Assembly: GCA_028281385.1 (NCBI GenBank) | Contig: JANQJY010000049.1 | Location: 73,774 to 137,773, forward strand | Source of the DNA: Rickettsiales bacterium | Lineage (GTDB): Bacteria > Pseudomonadota > Alphaproteobacteria > Rickettsiales > UBA3002 | Direction: 5' to 3' | Length of the DNA stretch: 64,000 bases | Shown: positions 54,801 through 64,000 of the stretch, in pieces | Numbering within the stretch: the first letter of the stretch is position 1 | How the letters are laid out: each line of letters starts with the position of its first letter | Notes under the pieces: model-generated | What the model saw: the letters and a program-made list of their open reading frames with translations, nothing else | Told to the model about the DNA's origin: nothing | The model's database searches: none | Program-made: the position numbers and the translations under genes

Positions 54801-56756
54801 CGTTTCAAATTTCTCCTCGATCTCTTCGATGTCGACATTGTCCACCCCGTCGATACGCACCAGAAAATCGCGGATGAGGACGGTGGAGTCATGTTGTTTC
54901 GCTTCAACTTCAAATGGATTTACTTCCAGCACTACACATCCCATATGCTCAAGCAGCGGCAGCATGTCCGACAGGGCGCGCTCACTATCGTGATAGGTGT
55001 AAATTTTCACGTGAAAGACGGTATCCGGGTCGCTATTCAACTGATATAAATCAATGGCCAAGCCTGTCTCTTTCAAGGCCCCTTCGATTTTCAGAATATC
55101 TGCTACAGTGCTTTTGGCATCATGCACTTGCAGATAGGCATCAGAGAAAGCATCGCAATAACGTGAGAATAATGCATCGCTTTTCTCAGCGTCAACCTGG
55201 GTTTGCAGTGCGCTTCTAAGACCATCCTGCCAGCGGTTGGTAACCCGTGCGATCTGCGCTTCGATTTTTTCCAGATCGACCTCTTTGGCCTGTCCCGGTT
55301 CCGTTGAAACGATCAGATGAGCACGGGCCAGCGGGGAATCGGTAATCTGTGTGTAAAATGCCGTGACCGAACCGCCAAAAGCACTTTCCAGAATTTGGGT
55401 GATCTGTTCACGCAAATACGTATTGAAACGTTCGCGCGGCACGTAAACCATACAACTCATGAAGCGTTCGTAACGGTCTTTGCGGACAAGCAGTTTCACA
55501 TTAGGTTTGGCTTCCAGCGCCATAATGGCAATGCTGAAATTGAGCAGATCATTTTCCGATATCTGGAACAATTCGTCGCGTGGATAAAATTCGAGAATGG
55601 CTTTCAGGCTCTTGCCGTTATGGCTGTTCGGATCAAAGTTGGCGCGCACCAGCGTACGTGCAATTTTCAGGCGGATATAGGGAATCTGATCGGCGCTCTG
55701 ATAATAAACGGTCGAGGTGAACATGCCTAAAAAGCGATGTTCGCCGATGACCTTACCGCGGGTATCGAAACGTTTGATGCTAATATAATCCATCAGCACA
55801 GGCCGGTGGACCGAGGATTTGCGGTTGGATTTGGTGATTTCAATCAATTCCGGTTGCTGAGAGAAATGCAGCAGTTCCGGCGGCAGCGACATCAGCCCTT
55901 TGGGTTTGAGTTCATAATCCTCCAGCCGGAACAGGCCGAGCTCTGAATTCGGTACAACGGACAAGGAAGGCTGTTTTTTTCCATTGGTAAAATCATATTC
56001 GATATAACCGAGAAACACGAAATTATCTTCCAGCAGCCAACTGATAAAATCGTAAAGTTCTTTAACTTCATCACGCTCGAAATATTTCTCAATTTTCCAG
56101 ATTTGTTTCACGATTTCTTTGGTCTTTGTGGTGAGTTTGTGCCAGTCATCCACGGACAGTTTGACCATATGCAGCACTTTTTTCAGTGTCTCTAGAAAGG
56201 CGTCTTCGCTCAGATCATCGGGCAGGAACGATAATTCGAAATGAATGAAGGATTCTGCTTTTGCGCTTTTGGGAAGACTGCCATCTTCAGCCGGAATGCA
56301 TATTTTTTTCAGTGCTCCATCTGCAGAACGCTGTACATACATCACCGGATGAATTGTTTCATGGATGGTGATGCCAAGGCGCCCCAGTTCCGCTCGCAGG
56401 GAATCTACCAGAAAGGGCATGTCGTTATTGAGAATTTCCAGAATAAGATGCGTGCCGGACTCTTTCCCTTCCGGCGTCTTCCCTTCCGGCGTCAGAAGAC
56501 GCATGACCGGCCGGTCTTTTACGGGGGTTTTTTCTGCAAAAAACGCAAAACTATTCGTTGCCACTTCAGCCGCATGTGCCGGATCCATCTCCCGCAATTC
56601 CATCAATGGCGTGCGTGAATAATAAATACGCGTGAAGGCGATCAGTTCATCCGAGGCGGCTTTTGGCAGGCGCTCAATGATGGCGCTGATCAACTCAGAA
56701 AAACTTTGTTTATATTTATCTGTCATTTCGGCAGTGGCTGTATTATTGTTCCCCAC
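51876..56756 (-). CDS. NAD-specific glutamate dehydrogenase, large (about 180 kDa) class
   Basis: The 1626-aa single ORF has the length and blocks typical of the bacterial GdhB/GdhZ-type enzymes, such as GGLRWSDR, PQGAKG and GPDKGT-like ADKGTATFSD. Confidence 0.92.
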   Translation of the reverse strand: MGNNNTATAEMTDKYKQSFSELISAIIERLPKAASDELIAFTRIYYSRTPLMELREMDPAHAAEVATNSFAFFAEKTPVKDRPVMRLLTPEGKTPEGKESGTHLILEILNNDMPFLVDSLRAELGRLGITIHETIHPVMYVQRSADGALKKICIPAEDGSLPKSAKAESFIHFELSFLPDDLSEDAFLETLKKVLHMVKLSVDDWHKLTTKTKEIVKQIWKIEKYFERDEVKELYDFISWLLEDNFVFLGYIEYDFTNGKKQPSLSVVPNSELGLFRLEDYELKPKGLMSLPPELLHFSQQPELIEITKSNRKSSVHRPVLMDYISIKRFDTRGKVIGEHRFLGMFTSTVYYQSADQIPYIRLKIARTLVRANFDPNSHNGKSLKAILEFYPRDELFQISENDLLNFSIAIMALEAKPNVKLLVRKDRYERFMSCMVYVPRERFNTYLREQITQILESAFGGSVTAFYTQITDSPLARAHLIVSTEPGQAKEVDLEKIEAQIARVTNRWQDGLRSALQTQVDAEKSDALFSRYCDAFSDAYLQVHDAKSTVADILKIEGALKETGLAIDLYQLNSDPDTVFHVKIYTYHDSERALSDMLPLLEHMGCVVLEVNPFEVEAKQHDSTVLIRDFLVRIDGVDNVDIEEIEEKFETALTRAWMGHIANDDFNSLTLFAGLTWREVRVIRSFCQYLRQIGFPYSRSYMAGALAKHPEATKILMQMFFDKFDPADDAPKDPSITKQHMADLRAYLEQVGNMAEDKIIRRLGDLIEACLRTNYFQTDKDGNHKPYLSFKFNSSRIPELPAPVPYAEIFVYSIKTEGIHLRGGNIARGGLRWSDRPEDFRTEVLGLVKAQMVKNAVIVPQGAKGCFIAKDLPDRSDRDAFIKAGIESYKEFLCGLLDVTDNLVDDKVIPPDDVVRYDDDDPYLVVAADKGTATFSDIANSIAEEYGFWLGDAFASGGSVGYDHKAMGITARGAWVSVMRHFAEMGKNIDEEDFTAVGIGDMSGDVFGNGMLLSEHIRLVGAFNHLHIFIDPNPDAAKSFKERKRLFELPRSSWIDYDKKLISKGGGVFSRQDKSIPLSKEIQALLDTKTKELPPDEVIKLLLKAEVELLWNGGIGTYVKAGDESHDDVGDRANNSVRINGSDLRCKIVGEGGNLGFTQKGRIEYARTGGRINTDAIDNSAGVDCSDHEVNIKIALDKAVQNKRLTVAKRNKLLEAMTNNVAELVLIDNRLQTQALTIAEYQGMDIFESNARMMRALENNGMLDREVEFLPDEKKLNEMRAVKQTFTRAELCVLLSYAKLALYEDIKDAELLNSDYFIHDLVRYFPDAMQGDFKEEILAHPLRRDIIGTIITNSMINRAGITFAHNIKEETGIHPCDIARAYVITRDAFKLRDLWCQIEILDGKIPADIQAEMFFEISSFIERSCLWFLQNCALPLDIPKIMNIYAEGISVFAEHFESLISETLNRAYTKHVECLKERHVPESLARSVAGLEAMSSACDIVMVADEHDLDVRVVGNLYFELGARLRLGWLRRCAANILSDTYWNRMAVKSVISDLYLQQRRLTSNVIESLCRNNVCSTSVDEWYAQNERELERYHGFINDMKSQEALDFSMLIVAMRNAETICSV

Positions 56757-56800
56757 ACAGTTTATACCATAGTTTCAACCCACAGCTATAGAAAAAACCC

Positions 56801-57568
56801 ATGGACTACACAGAATTGACCGAGGACTTATGCTGCATTGCGGTAACTGCCGGGAGGGAAACGCTTAACTATTACGACGGTTCGGTCAAGGTCGAGCGCA
56901 AAGAGGATAATAGCCCGGTCACGCAGGCGGATTATGCGGCGCATCATATCATTGTTGACGCGTTGGAGGAAATGGCTCCGGCGATTCCGATTATCTCGGA
57001 GGAATCCGAACGGCATGAACTGCCGGAAGGAGCGGAGTATTTTTGGCTGGTTGATCCGCTGGACGGCACCAAGAGTTTTATCAGAGGGACGGGCGAGTTT
57101 ACCATTAATATCGGGCTGATTCATCGTGATACGCCAGTGATGGGGGTAATTTATGTGCCGGTGAAAAGGGAGCTTTACTGGGGCATTGTCGGCCAGGGTG
57201 CTTGGCGCAAGGTGGACGATGAAGAGGTGCAGATGATCCAAACCAGAACGCCGGATTATGACGCGCTGTCGGTGGTGGTAAGCAAATCGCATCTCGATCC
57301 GCAGACCGAGGCATTTTTGCAGGATAAACAGGTTGCCGATAAGGTTTCCGCTTCCAGTTCGCTTAAATTCTGCCGGGTGGCGGAGGGGGTGGCCGATCTT
57401 TATCCGCGTTTTGGCCCGACGATGGAATGGGACACCGCCGCTGGTCATGCGATTGTGGTAGCGGCAGGCGGACGCGTGGAAACACCGGAGGGAGCGCCCT
57501 TTACCTATGGCCATGCCGATTTTCGCAACAGCCCGTTTATCGTGTGGGGGAATAAGGCTGCAAATTAA
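56801..57568 (+). CDS. cysQ: 3'(2'),5'-bisphosphate nucleotidase (inositol monophosphatase family)
   Basis: EDNSPVT, WLVDPLDGTKSF and WDTAAGHAIV motifs. Confidence 0.85.
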   Translation: MDYTELTEDLCCIAVTAGRETLNYYDGSVKVERKEDNSPVTQADYAAHHIIVDALEEMAPAIPIISEESERHELPEGAEYFWLVDPLDGTKSFIRGTGEFTINIGLIHRDTPVMGVIYVPVKRELYWGIVGQGAWRKVDDEEVQMIQTRTPDYDALSVVVSKSHLDPQTEAFLQDKQVADKVSASSSLKFCRVAEGVADLYPRFGPTMEWDTAAGHAIVVAAGGRVETPEGAPFTYGHADFRNSPFIVWGNKAAN

Positions 57569-57574
57569 TTAAGA

Positions 57575-58513
57575 TTACAGGCGCTTCTCGATTGCATCCC
57601 ATATATCAGACGCCACATTCAGCCCGTAAAGTGATTCTGCCGCGCGCAGCCCGGTCGGGCAGGTGATGTTGATTTCGGTGAGGTAATCGCCAATCAAATC
57701 CAACCCACAGAAAATAATATCCTGTTCTTTTAGCCATGTGCCTACCCGATCACAGATTTCCTGTTGTCGGGAGCTTAATTCCATCTGTGCAGCAGTGCCG
57801 CCGACACGGAAGTTGGCGCGGATTTCACCTTCAGAAGGAAGCCGGCCAATAGCGGCTTTTGCTTCACCGTCGACCAGCAGAATGCGTGCGTCTTTGTCTT
57901 TTACCTCTGGTAAAAACTGTTGTACGACGATAGGGTCATCGCCAGCGCTCAGTAATTGTTCGATAATGGCATGAAAATTCACCTCATCCTTTCCGGTTTT
58001 GAACACGGCTCTACCGCCGAAACCGTAAAGTGGTTTGAGGATAATAGCAGCGTGCTGTCCGGCAAATTCCTGAATGACTTCGGCCGAACGGGTAATAACA
58101 GTATCTGGCATATAATCATGAAATAAGAATGGACTGATTTTTTCGGGAAAATTACGAATGGCGGCTGGGTTATTCGTGACATAGCAGCCCACCTTTTCGA
58201 GCAAATAAGTTGGGTTGAGATAACCTATATTGTAAGGCGGATCATGGCGAAGCAGAGTGACATCCACGCGGGAAAGTGGTAAATCTACTGCCGGCTCCCT
58301 GTCGAAGAAGTGCGATGTGTCATTAAAAAAGGTAATGGGTCTGGCACCTTGTGCGGTCACATGCTTATCGTGATGCAGACTGAGTTGATGAGGCTGGAAA
58401 TAATGCAGCGCATAGCCTCGTTGCTGCGCTTCCAGCCCGAGCATGATCGTCGAATCGGTGTGGGGATTGAACGACGCAGGATCATTCATCAGCAACGCGG
58501 CATGAAGCGTCAT
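57575..58513 (-). CDS. gshB: Glutathione synthetase
   Basis: Prokaryotic GshB blocks: ...DVTLLRHDPP..., KPLYGFGG, GDKDARILLVDGE and EINITCPTG. Confidence 0.95.
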   Translation of the reverse strand: MTLHAALLMNDPASFNPHTDSTIMLGLEAQQRGYALHYFQPHQLSLHHDKHVTAQGARPITFFNDTSHFFDREPAVDLPLSRVDVTLLRHDPPYNIGYLNPTYLLEKVGCYVTNNPAAIRNFPEKISPFLFHDYMPDTVITRSAEVIQEFAGQHAAIILKPLYGFGGRAVFKTGKDEVNFHAIIEQLLSAGDDPIVVQQFLPEVKDKDARILLVDGEAKAAIGRLPSEGEIRANFRVGGTAAQMELSSRQQEICDRVGTWLKEQDIIFCGLDLIGDYLTEINITCPTGLRAAESLYGLNVASDIWDAIEKRL

Positions 58514-59133
58514 GACGGTGTGTCGACCTTTCTCATCCAGTCGTAAAATTCCTCAGGCGTGCGCAGGTGGTTGACAACCTTTCTCACCCCCTGGGTGGTG
58601 CGTGCCACCTGAATGGCAATTTTTCGTTCTTTATCGGTTTCGGCTAGCCCGAGCAGATAGGCTACCCCGTTCACCACTTCGATGGAATAATTCAGCACGT
58701 TGGTGCCGTTGGTGAAAGTCAGGCGTGTTTCCACCTGTTTTTCGGTCCACTCATCCTCCGCCTTGTCGAAGAAATCAGCATCGGGGTTCACTTCGATTTC
58801 ATTGATGACTTCGCGGACCTGGCGTACCTTCCACGCCAGTGCTACGGCATTTTCTGCCGTCTCCTGTTTTTTGACCTGACCGGTCAGCAATACACGGCCC
58901 TGGCGCACGGTGACATTCACATGGCTGAGCAGGTCATTCACGTCCTTCTGCAGGAAATAGTGATTGATTTCAGTGTAAATGCCGACATCATCAATGGCTT
59001 CACCCAGTGTGCGTTCTTCCGCCGCGACCATACCGATTTCTGCTGCGCCGGAAATGATACTGCTTTTACATCCCACCAGCAGTACCATGCAGCCTGCCAG
59101 CGTTATCCATTGGTATGATTTGACCATCACCAC
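58510..59133 (-). CDS. BON-domain lipoprotein (YraP/OsmY-like)
   Basis: Lipobox LVGCKSS and two BON-like repeats. It sits in the conserved yraN/rsmI/lpoA neighbourhood. Confidence 0.8.
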   Translation of the reverse strand: MVMVKSYQWITLAGCMVLLVGCKSSIISGAAEIGMVAAEERTLGEAIDDVGIYTEINHYFLQKDVNDLLSHVNVTVRQGRVLLTGQVKKQETAENAVALAWKVRQVREVINEIEVNPDADFFDKAEDEWTEKQVETRLTFTNGTNVLNYSIEVVNGVAYLLGLAETDKERKIAIQVARTTQGVRKVVNHLRTPEEFYDWMRKVDTPS

Positions 59134-59139
59134 ATCCTT

Positions 59140-59511
59140 TCACGATGCATCGAATGCCTGCTTTATATGTGCGGGCCATCCATGCCTGCTCATTACCATA
59201 ACATCGAAGCGTAGCGCAAGTGTTGCATAAGGTGCATGTGAAGCCATGAAATGCTGTGAGGCGCGGATGATGCGTTGCTGCTGTTGATGGGAAACGGCAT
59301 AGCGCCCGTCTTCTTGACGTGCGCGGGCCTTGACCTCGATGCAGATGATATTGTCACGACTACGGGCGATGATATCGATCTCGCCAAGGGGGCTTTTGTA
59401 ACGATGCGCAAGGATGCGGTAGCCTTTGGCCATCAGCCACAGGATACACAGCCATTCAGCCCAGCGGCCAAATTGATAGGCACGGCGTTTTTTATCAATC
59501 CGTGCCGTCAT
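59140..59511 (-). CDS. yraN: YraN-family (UPF0102) endonuclease-like protein
   Basis: 123 aa with G..AE..A...L...GY.IL..R.....GEIDIIA... and IEVKAR. Confidence 0.88.
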   Translation of the reverse strand: MTARIDKKRRAYQFGRWAEWLCILWLMAKGYRILAHRYKSPLGEIDIIARSRDNIICIEVKARARQEDGRYAVSHQQQQRIIRASQHFMASHAPYATLALRFDVMVMSRHGWPAHIKQAFDAS

Positions 59512-60340
59512 GTTTCAGGCTCAAGGCGCGTTCGTATAGCTCTGATTTACTGACGCTCAATTGTTTGGATACCAACGCTGCCGCATCTTTGACCGAATGC
59601 AGGACCAGTGCCTCCTGTAATGCCTTGTCAATGATTTCCTGTGACGGAACAGACAAAACTTCCGGGCCGACAACGATCACCACTTCGCCTTTGGGTGCAC
59701 CCTGCTCATTATAGTGGGCGGCCAGTTCCCGCAGTGGTCCGCGCCGGAATTCTTCATGCAGCTTGGTCATCTCACGGGCGATGACGGCGTCTCTGTCGCC
59801 CAGAAGGTCATGCAGTATTTGCAGGCTGGCAGTCAGACGTTTGGGAGAGTCGAGAAAAATGAGTGAACTGGGCACGGCTTTCAGGGAAGCGATCATATCC
59901 TTCCGGGCTTTTTCCTTATGTGGCAGAAACCCGGCGAAAAAGAACTGATCGCTCGGCAGGCCGGAGGCACACAACGCGGTCAGAACAGAAGAGGCGCCGG
60001 GCAGGGGGATTACCGGGATGGATTGTTCGATCGCCTCCAGCACCAGCTTATAACCGGGATCGGAGACCAGCGGCGTACCGGCGTCACTGATCAGTGCAAT
60101 GGAATCGCCGGATAACAGTTTTTCAATCAATGCCGGGCGCTGTCTGCCGGCGTTGTGATCATTATAGGAAAGCGTTGGGGTATCGATGTCGTAGTGGGAT
60201 AATAATTTGCCACTGACTCGCGTATCTTCGCAGGCAATCAGCGCCACTTGCTTTAACACCTCCACCGCGCGAAAGGTCATATCACTGAGATGACCGATCG
60301 GTGTCGGTACGATATACAAACTGCCGGTGCTGCTATTCAT
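59495..60340 (-). CDS. rsmI: 16S rRNA (cytidine1402-2'-O)-methyltransferase
   Basis: LYIVPTPIGHLSDMTFRA...IACEDTR...SDAGTPLVSDPG blocks. Confidence 0.95.
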   Translation of the reverse strand: MNSSTGSLYIVPTPIGHLSDMTFRAVEVLKQVALIACEDTRVSGKLLSHYDIDTPTLSYNDHNAGRQRPALIEKLLSGDSIALISDAGTPLVSDPGYKLVLEAIEQSIPVIPLPGASSVLTALCASGLPSDQFFFAGFLPHKEKARKDMIASLKAVPSSLIFLDSPKRLTASLQILHDLLGDRDAVIAREMTKLHEEFRRGPLRELAAHYNEQGAPKGEVVIVVGPEVLSVPSQEIIDKALQEALVLHSVKDAAALVSKQLSVSKSELYERALSLKHDGTD

Positions 60341-60410
60341 CGTCGCTTCACGATTTACATTTCATATAAATTGGCCTAAGGTCGCTGAAAACACGTTCGG
60401 GGAGTGTATC

Positions 60411-61673
60411 ATGACGTTTTGCTTGCGCAAATATTATCCGATGCTGTTGCTGCTGTTGCTGCTGGGAGGAGCATCCTGTGCACCGCCTCCGTCACCCTCG
60501 GGTGATGGTGACGCCTCGCACGGTGCCAAACCGCCTTCTTATCCGTTCGGCTTTGAACCTTTCTGGAAACAGGAAGGCAAAACGACTGAGGCGATAGATC
60601 ATCCGACTCAAACGGTAAAAGTCGGATTATTATTACCGTTGAGCGGTCCGTCGGCGGAACTGGGCAAGGCGTTGCGTGATGCGGCGGTGCTGGCCCTGTT
60701 TGATAAATATGCCAGTATCTCCGACTCTTCTGAGGGTGCGACGCGGGTGGAATTGATTACGCGCGATACCATGGGTTCTCCCGACGGGGCGGAAAAAGCT
60801 GCCAAAGAAGTGATTGCCAAAGGCGCGAAACTGATCATCGGCCCATTGTTTAGTTCGTCTGCTGATGCGGTGCGCTCGGTGATAAAACCGCTGAAGATTA
60901 ATATGATTACCTTCTCCAATAATGCTTCGATTGCTGCGCCGGGCGTGTTTCTGTTCGGATTCACGCCGGAAGATCAGGCCAAACGTATTGCCGATTACAG
61001 CTATTTGAGCAGGATTGACCGCGTGGCCTCTCTGGCGCCGAATACGCCTTACGGCCGCCGTGTGGTGGCTGCGGTGAAAAAACGCTCGGCGGTGATGGGT
61101 CAGGTACTGGAACCGTCCATTTTCTATTCGCAGGCCGGAGGGACAATGCATATGCATGTCCGTGAACTGGTCACCAAAGGCAGTGTTGGCGCGCGTATCA
61201 ACTTTCAGGCACTGTTTCTGCCCGAGAGCGGCGACCAGTTGAATGCGATTTTACGGCATCTGAAAAACGCGAATGTCACACCGGCCAATGTCCGGTTTCT
61301 CGGCACCGGCGTGTGGGATGATGAAAAAGTCATCAACAACCCCGGTCTGAACGGTGCGTGGTTTGCCAGCTCGCCGCCGCAGATGTACCGCGCCTTTAAG
61401 GAGCGCTTCGTCCATACCTACAGCTATACGCCGCCGCGCATTGCCAGTTTGGCTTATGATGCGGTGGCGCTGGCGGCAACGCTGGCGACCAGCCAGGCGG
61501 GCTTTTCCGTACAGGCATTGACCGACCCGAGTGGCTATCGCGGGCCAGCCAACGGTATTTTCCGCTTTACCAAAAGTGGGCACGTGGAACGCGGGCTGGC
61601 GGTTATCGAGGTCATGAACGGCAAACGCCGGGTGATTGATCCGGCGCCGGTCAGCTTCAAAAAGGCGCAGTAA
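60411..61673 (+). CDS. Periplasmic-binding-protein-fold lipoprotein, LpoA-like penicillin-binding protein activator
   Basis: Lipobox LGGASCAP and a Leu/Ile/Val-binding-protein-like fold (VGLLLPLSGP...). It is divergent from rsmI, as lpoA is in other proteobacteria. The start is set at MTFCLRK rather than the ORF-track 60327. Confidence 0.72.
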   Translation: MTFCLRKYYPMLLLLLLLGGASCAPPPSPSGDGDASHGAKPPSYPFGFEPFWKQEGKTTEAIDHPTQTVKVGLLLPLSGPSAELGKALRDAAVLALFDKYASISDSSEGATRVELITRDTMGSPDGAEKAAKEVIAKGAKLIIGPLFSSSADAVRSVIKPLKINMITFSNNASIAAPGVFLFGFTPEDQAKRIADYSYLSRIDRVASLAPNTPYGRRVVAAVKKRSAVMGQVLEPSIFYSQAGGTMHMHVRELVTKGSVGARINFQALFLPESGDQLNAILRHLKNANVTPANVRFLGTGVWDDEKVINNPGLNGAWFASSPPQMYRAFKERFVHTYSYTPPRIASLAYDAVALAATLATSQAGFSVQALTDPSGYRGPANGIFRFTKSGHVERGLAVIEVMNGKRRVIDPAPVSFKKAQ

Positions 61674-61674
61674 T

Positions 61675-62835
61675 TTATTTCAATAATTTGCTGATCAGAT
61701 GGTTCAGCACCAGCCAGCCGTCATGGGTGGCAGTGAGCCTGTCATTTTCATATCTCAACAGACCGGCATTGACGGCATGTGAAAGAAACTCATGATCGAT
61801 GACGGCCTTAAGCGATTCACTGAGCACAATGCCGTCACGCAGACGCAGCCCGACTATCAGCATTTCTTCGAGCCGGTTCTGCCCGTCGATCGCCTCATAT
61901 TCTACCAGTCCGTGGTTATTTTGCTCCACTGCTTCCAGCCAGCGCTCCGGGCTTTTCTGCGTGATGGTGCGCTGCCAGCCCGTGCCGTTACAGGTGCGGC
62001 CATGCGCGCCGGGGCCGATGCCAAGATAGGCGCTGTCCGTCCAATAGGCCATATTATGTCGGCATTCCTGCCCTAAAGCCGCATGATTCGAGACTTCATA
62101 GGCGGGCAGTCCGGCTTCTTCCATGAGTTCCTGCGTCAGCAGAAACACGTCAGCGGCGAGTGTATCTTCCGGCAGTTGGAAGGCGTGTTTGTTGTGATAC
62201 AAATAATGAAAGGCGGTGTTCGGCTCGATGGTCAGCTGGTAAAGCGACAGATGTTCCCCAGCATGCTGCAGCGCCTGACGTAACTCCTGCTCCCACGCAG
62301 CACATGTCTGGCCTGGCAACGCATAGATCAGATCGAAGCTGAAACGCTCGAACAGTGTGGCGGCAAGTGTCACCGCTTGCAGCGCATCTTCCGCCGAATG
62401 TTCGCGCCCAAGGAATGCCAGTGACTCGGGCCTGAGAGACTGTACCCCCAGAGAAATACGCGTCACCCCTGCGGTTTTGAACTCCGCCAGCCGATCGGTT
62501 TCCACCGAGGTGGGGTTGGCCTCCAGCGTGATTTCGATGGCGGGATCGACCGGCCAGTGCTGTGCGACGGCGTCGATCAGCGCCGCGACCGTTGCCGGTT
62601 GCATCAGTGACGGTGTGCCGCCGCCGAAAAAGACGCTGGTGACGGTGTGGTTCGGGTAATGCTGCGCAAAATAGTCCAACTCACGCAGCAGGGCCTGCCG
62701 CCAGCGTGCCTGATCGATCTGTTCGCGCACATGTGAGTTGAAATCGCAGTAGGGGCATTTCGACAGGCAGAAGGGCCAGTGAATGTAAATTGCTAATGGT
62801 GTGGAAAGCGGAGCGTTGTTGGCATATACTGTCAT
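61675..62835 (-). CDS. hemW: Radical-SAM haem chaperone HemW (HemN-like)
   Basis: IYIHWPFCLSKCPYCDF is a CxxxCxxC radical-SAM motif, followed by FFGGGTPS. The start is set at MTVYANN; the ORF stays open to 62871. Confidence 0.9.
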   Translation of the reverse strand: MTVYANNAPLSTPLAIYIHWPFCLSKCPYCDFNSHVREQIDQARWRQALLRELDYFAQHYPNHTVTSVFFGGGTPSLMQPATVAALIDAVAQHWPVDPAIEITLEANPTSVETDRLAEFKTAGVTRISLGVQSLRPESLAFLGREHSAEDALQAVTLAATLFERFSFDLIYALPGQTCAAWEQELRQALQHAGEHLSLYQLTIEPNTAFHYLYHNKHAFQLPEDTLAADVFLLTQELMEEAGLPAYEVSNHAALGQECRHNMAYWTDSAYLGIGPGAHGRTCNGTGWQRTITQKSPERWLEAVEQNNHGLVEYEAIDGQNRLEEMLIVGLRLRDGIVLSESLKAVIDHEFLSHAVNAGLLRYENDRLTATHDGWLVLNHLISKLLK

Positions 62836-62856
62836 GAAGGAGGCATAGCATAGCGT

Positions 62857-63711
62857 ATGTGTGCGACGCAATCAGAACAGACGGCGCTGATCGGCATTCT
62901 CAACAGTCATTATGATGAGATTTACGCCATCGAAAAGCAGTGGGGCATTCGCTTTAAGGAGGGCGATATGCGCCCGCGCATCGATTATTTCCACGATGCG
63001 GTGCGTGCCCTGACTTCGGGTGAGGCGGATATGTATGCCAAAAACAGCCGCTTGTCGGTGGAGTATCTGGCTTATGATATCACTCAATTGAGGATGATTC
63101 AGGGCAATCCCATCGGCAAAATCTACAAGGCCAAGGAACCATCCTCCTCCACCGACATCATCACCGCAGAGGACATGCTCGCCAGCCGCAATCGCGGTCC
63201 GGACAAGGCGGTGCGGCGCGAACTGGCGCAGCTATATAAGGATTATACCGTAATATTCGCCGCACTGTTCTCCGACATCGCCGACGGGAATTTCAAGGCG
63301 CGCTGCGAAGAGGTCGATGCGGCGGTCGAAGATATTGCGCTGGTCGAGAATATATTGGCCAAACTGGCCGAAGGCCGGATCAATGCGGCACAGGCGAGCC
63401 AGCTCTGCGAACGGATCGAGAATGATGCGCTGCGCAGGCGGATTCTGAACGAGATTATTCACAGCGAAGTCCGTCAGGCCGAGGCCGAGCGGATCATCAG
63501 CGAATTGCGTAGCGCCGAAGCCAGGCTGGAAGAGGAAAAACGCACGGCGGACAAGGCGCATATGACGTTTCTGACCTCACAGCTGGCGGTGTATGAAGAT
63601 GCGAAGGAAACGGTCAAACGCCTGGCATTGCAGGGACTGAATATCGCCGGAAAGTTCGTCGAGAACGCCATGGCCAAAGCCCAGGGCCACGGACGCGGAC
63701 AAGGGTTTTGA
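62857..63711 (+). CDS. Hypothetical protein, predicted largely alpha-helical/coiled-coil
   Basis: 284-aa ORF with AGGAGG 13 nt upstream. It has heptad-like charged repeats in the C-terminal half. No family recognised. Confidence 0.5.
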   Translation: MCATQSEQTALIGILNSHYDEIYAIEKQWGIRFKEGDMRPRIDYFHDAVRALTSGEADMYAKNSRLSVEYLAYDITQLRMIQGNPIGKIYKAKEPSSSTDIITAEDMLASRNRGPDKAVRRELAQLYKDYTVIFAALFSDIADGNFKARCEEVDAAVEDIALVENILAKLAEGRINAAQASQLCERIENDALRRRILNEIIHSEVRQAEAERIISELRSAEARLEEEKRTADKAHMTFLTSQLAVYEDAKETVKRLALQGLNIAGKFVENAMAKAQGHGRGQGF

Positions 63712-63712
63712 T

Positions 63713-63798
63713 GGTTAAGCGGTGAAACAGTAAAGCCGTTAACACAACATAATTGTATACCGCTTAACTGCTTAACTGTTTAACCACTTTCACCACAT
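63713..63798. repeat. GGTGAAAC-family imperfect palindrome overlapping the rsmD 3' end
   Basis: ggttaagcggtgaaacagtaaagc...gcttaactgtttaaccactttcaccac. The arms are inverted, and the motifs are shared with 27925..27998. Confidence 0.45.
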
Positions 63799-64000
63799 TA
63801 ATCTTGGTTTTGCCATATTCGCGCTCGCGGATAAGTTCGGTGTCGGGTAGATCGGGAAATGCCTCCTTATGGTCATATTCAAAGGCGAGGATGGTGCCGG
63901 GCGCCAGCCAGCCCTGTGCGCGCAACGCCTTGAAGGCCGGGGCGATCAGGCCGGAATGATAGGGTGCATCCATCATCACCAGCGTCACGGGCGTTTTTGC
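63764..64000 (-). CDS. rsmD: 16S rRNA (guanine966-N2)-methyltransferase RsmD, C-terminal part (the start lies outside the window)
   Basis: ...VTLVMMDAPYHSGL... is a D-P-P-Y-type motif (here DAPY), followed by the ...REREYGKT pattern typical of RsmD. Confidence 0.78.
   Translation of the reverse strand, partial: AKTPVTLVMMDAPYHSGLIAPAFKALRAQGWLAPGTILAFEYDHKEAFPDLPDTELIREREYGKTKINVVKVVKQLSS

Noticed and set aside
55003-55018. A fourth parS-like sequence, attttcacgtgaaaga, inside the glutamate dehydrogenase gene.
   Set aside because: Only the central 12 bp match. I count 13/16 overall, with mismatches at the G/C positions 2 and 15, which the three par-proximal sites all keep. It also lies 40 kb from parAB, so it is probably a chance occurrence.

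Overview
This is a 64-kb chromosomal segment with an alphaproteobacterial gene order: atpG-atpD-atpC, leuS-lptE-holA facing parB-parA-rsmG-mnmG-mnmE, petABC, and DUF3576/DUF3035 lipoproteins. It carries about 60 tightly packed, mostly housekeeping genes on both strands. These cover ATP synthase, the bc1 complex, yejABEF, SPFH/NfeD, kdsB, ampG, hemF, murJ, uppP, secF, ribF, lspA, an M16 peptidase pair, pgi, mutL, O-antigen-type sugar genes, purH, a 1626-aa NAD-glutamate dehydrogenase, cysQ, gshB, rsmI/lpoA/yraN/BON and hemW. I found no rRNA, tRNA or CRISPR. Three close matches to the parS consensus lie next to parAB, which suggests an origin-proximal location.

The unusual content is mostly non-genic. 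Several related families of short palindromic REP/MITE-like elements end in GTCAT...ATGAC. They sit between genes, and they also sit inside or at the ends of coding sequences: in frame in the ampG central loop, as the last 8 codons of trmL, supplying the likely ATG of hemF and of a prepilin-like gene, and forming the tail of rsmD.

The most interesting locus is 31419..31770. Here an AT-rich GIY-YIG nuclease gene is bracketed almost exactly by two 24-bp hairpin repeats in inverted orientation, 23/24 identical. The short elements elsewhere look like left arm plus right arm of this unit without the gene. That raises the hypothesis of a GIY-YIG-encoding autonomous element with MITE derivatives.

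Other accessory features:
- An AT-rich orphan ORF translationally coupled between atpG and atpD.
- A RelB/RelE-type toxin-antitoxin cassette flanked by direct repeats that duplicate the hemF 3' end.
- A prepilin-type gene whose 5' region contains three in-frame G-F-S-L cleavage motifs separated by repeat elements.

All functional calls come from reading the translated ORFs against remembered family motifs. No database search was possible.
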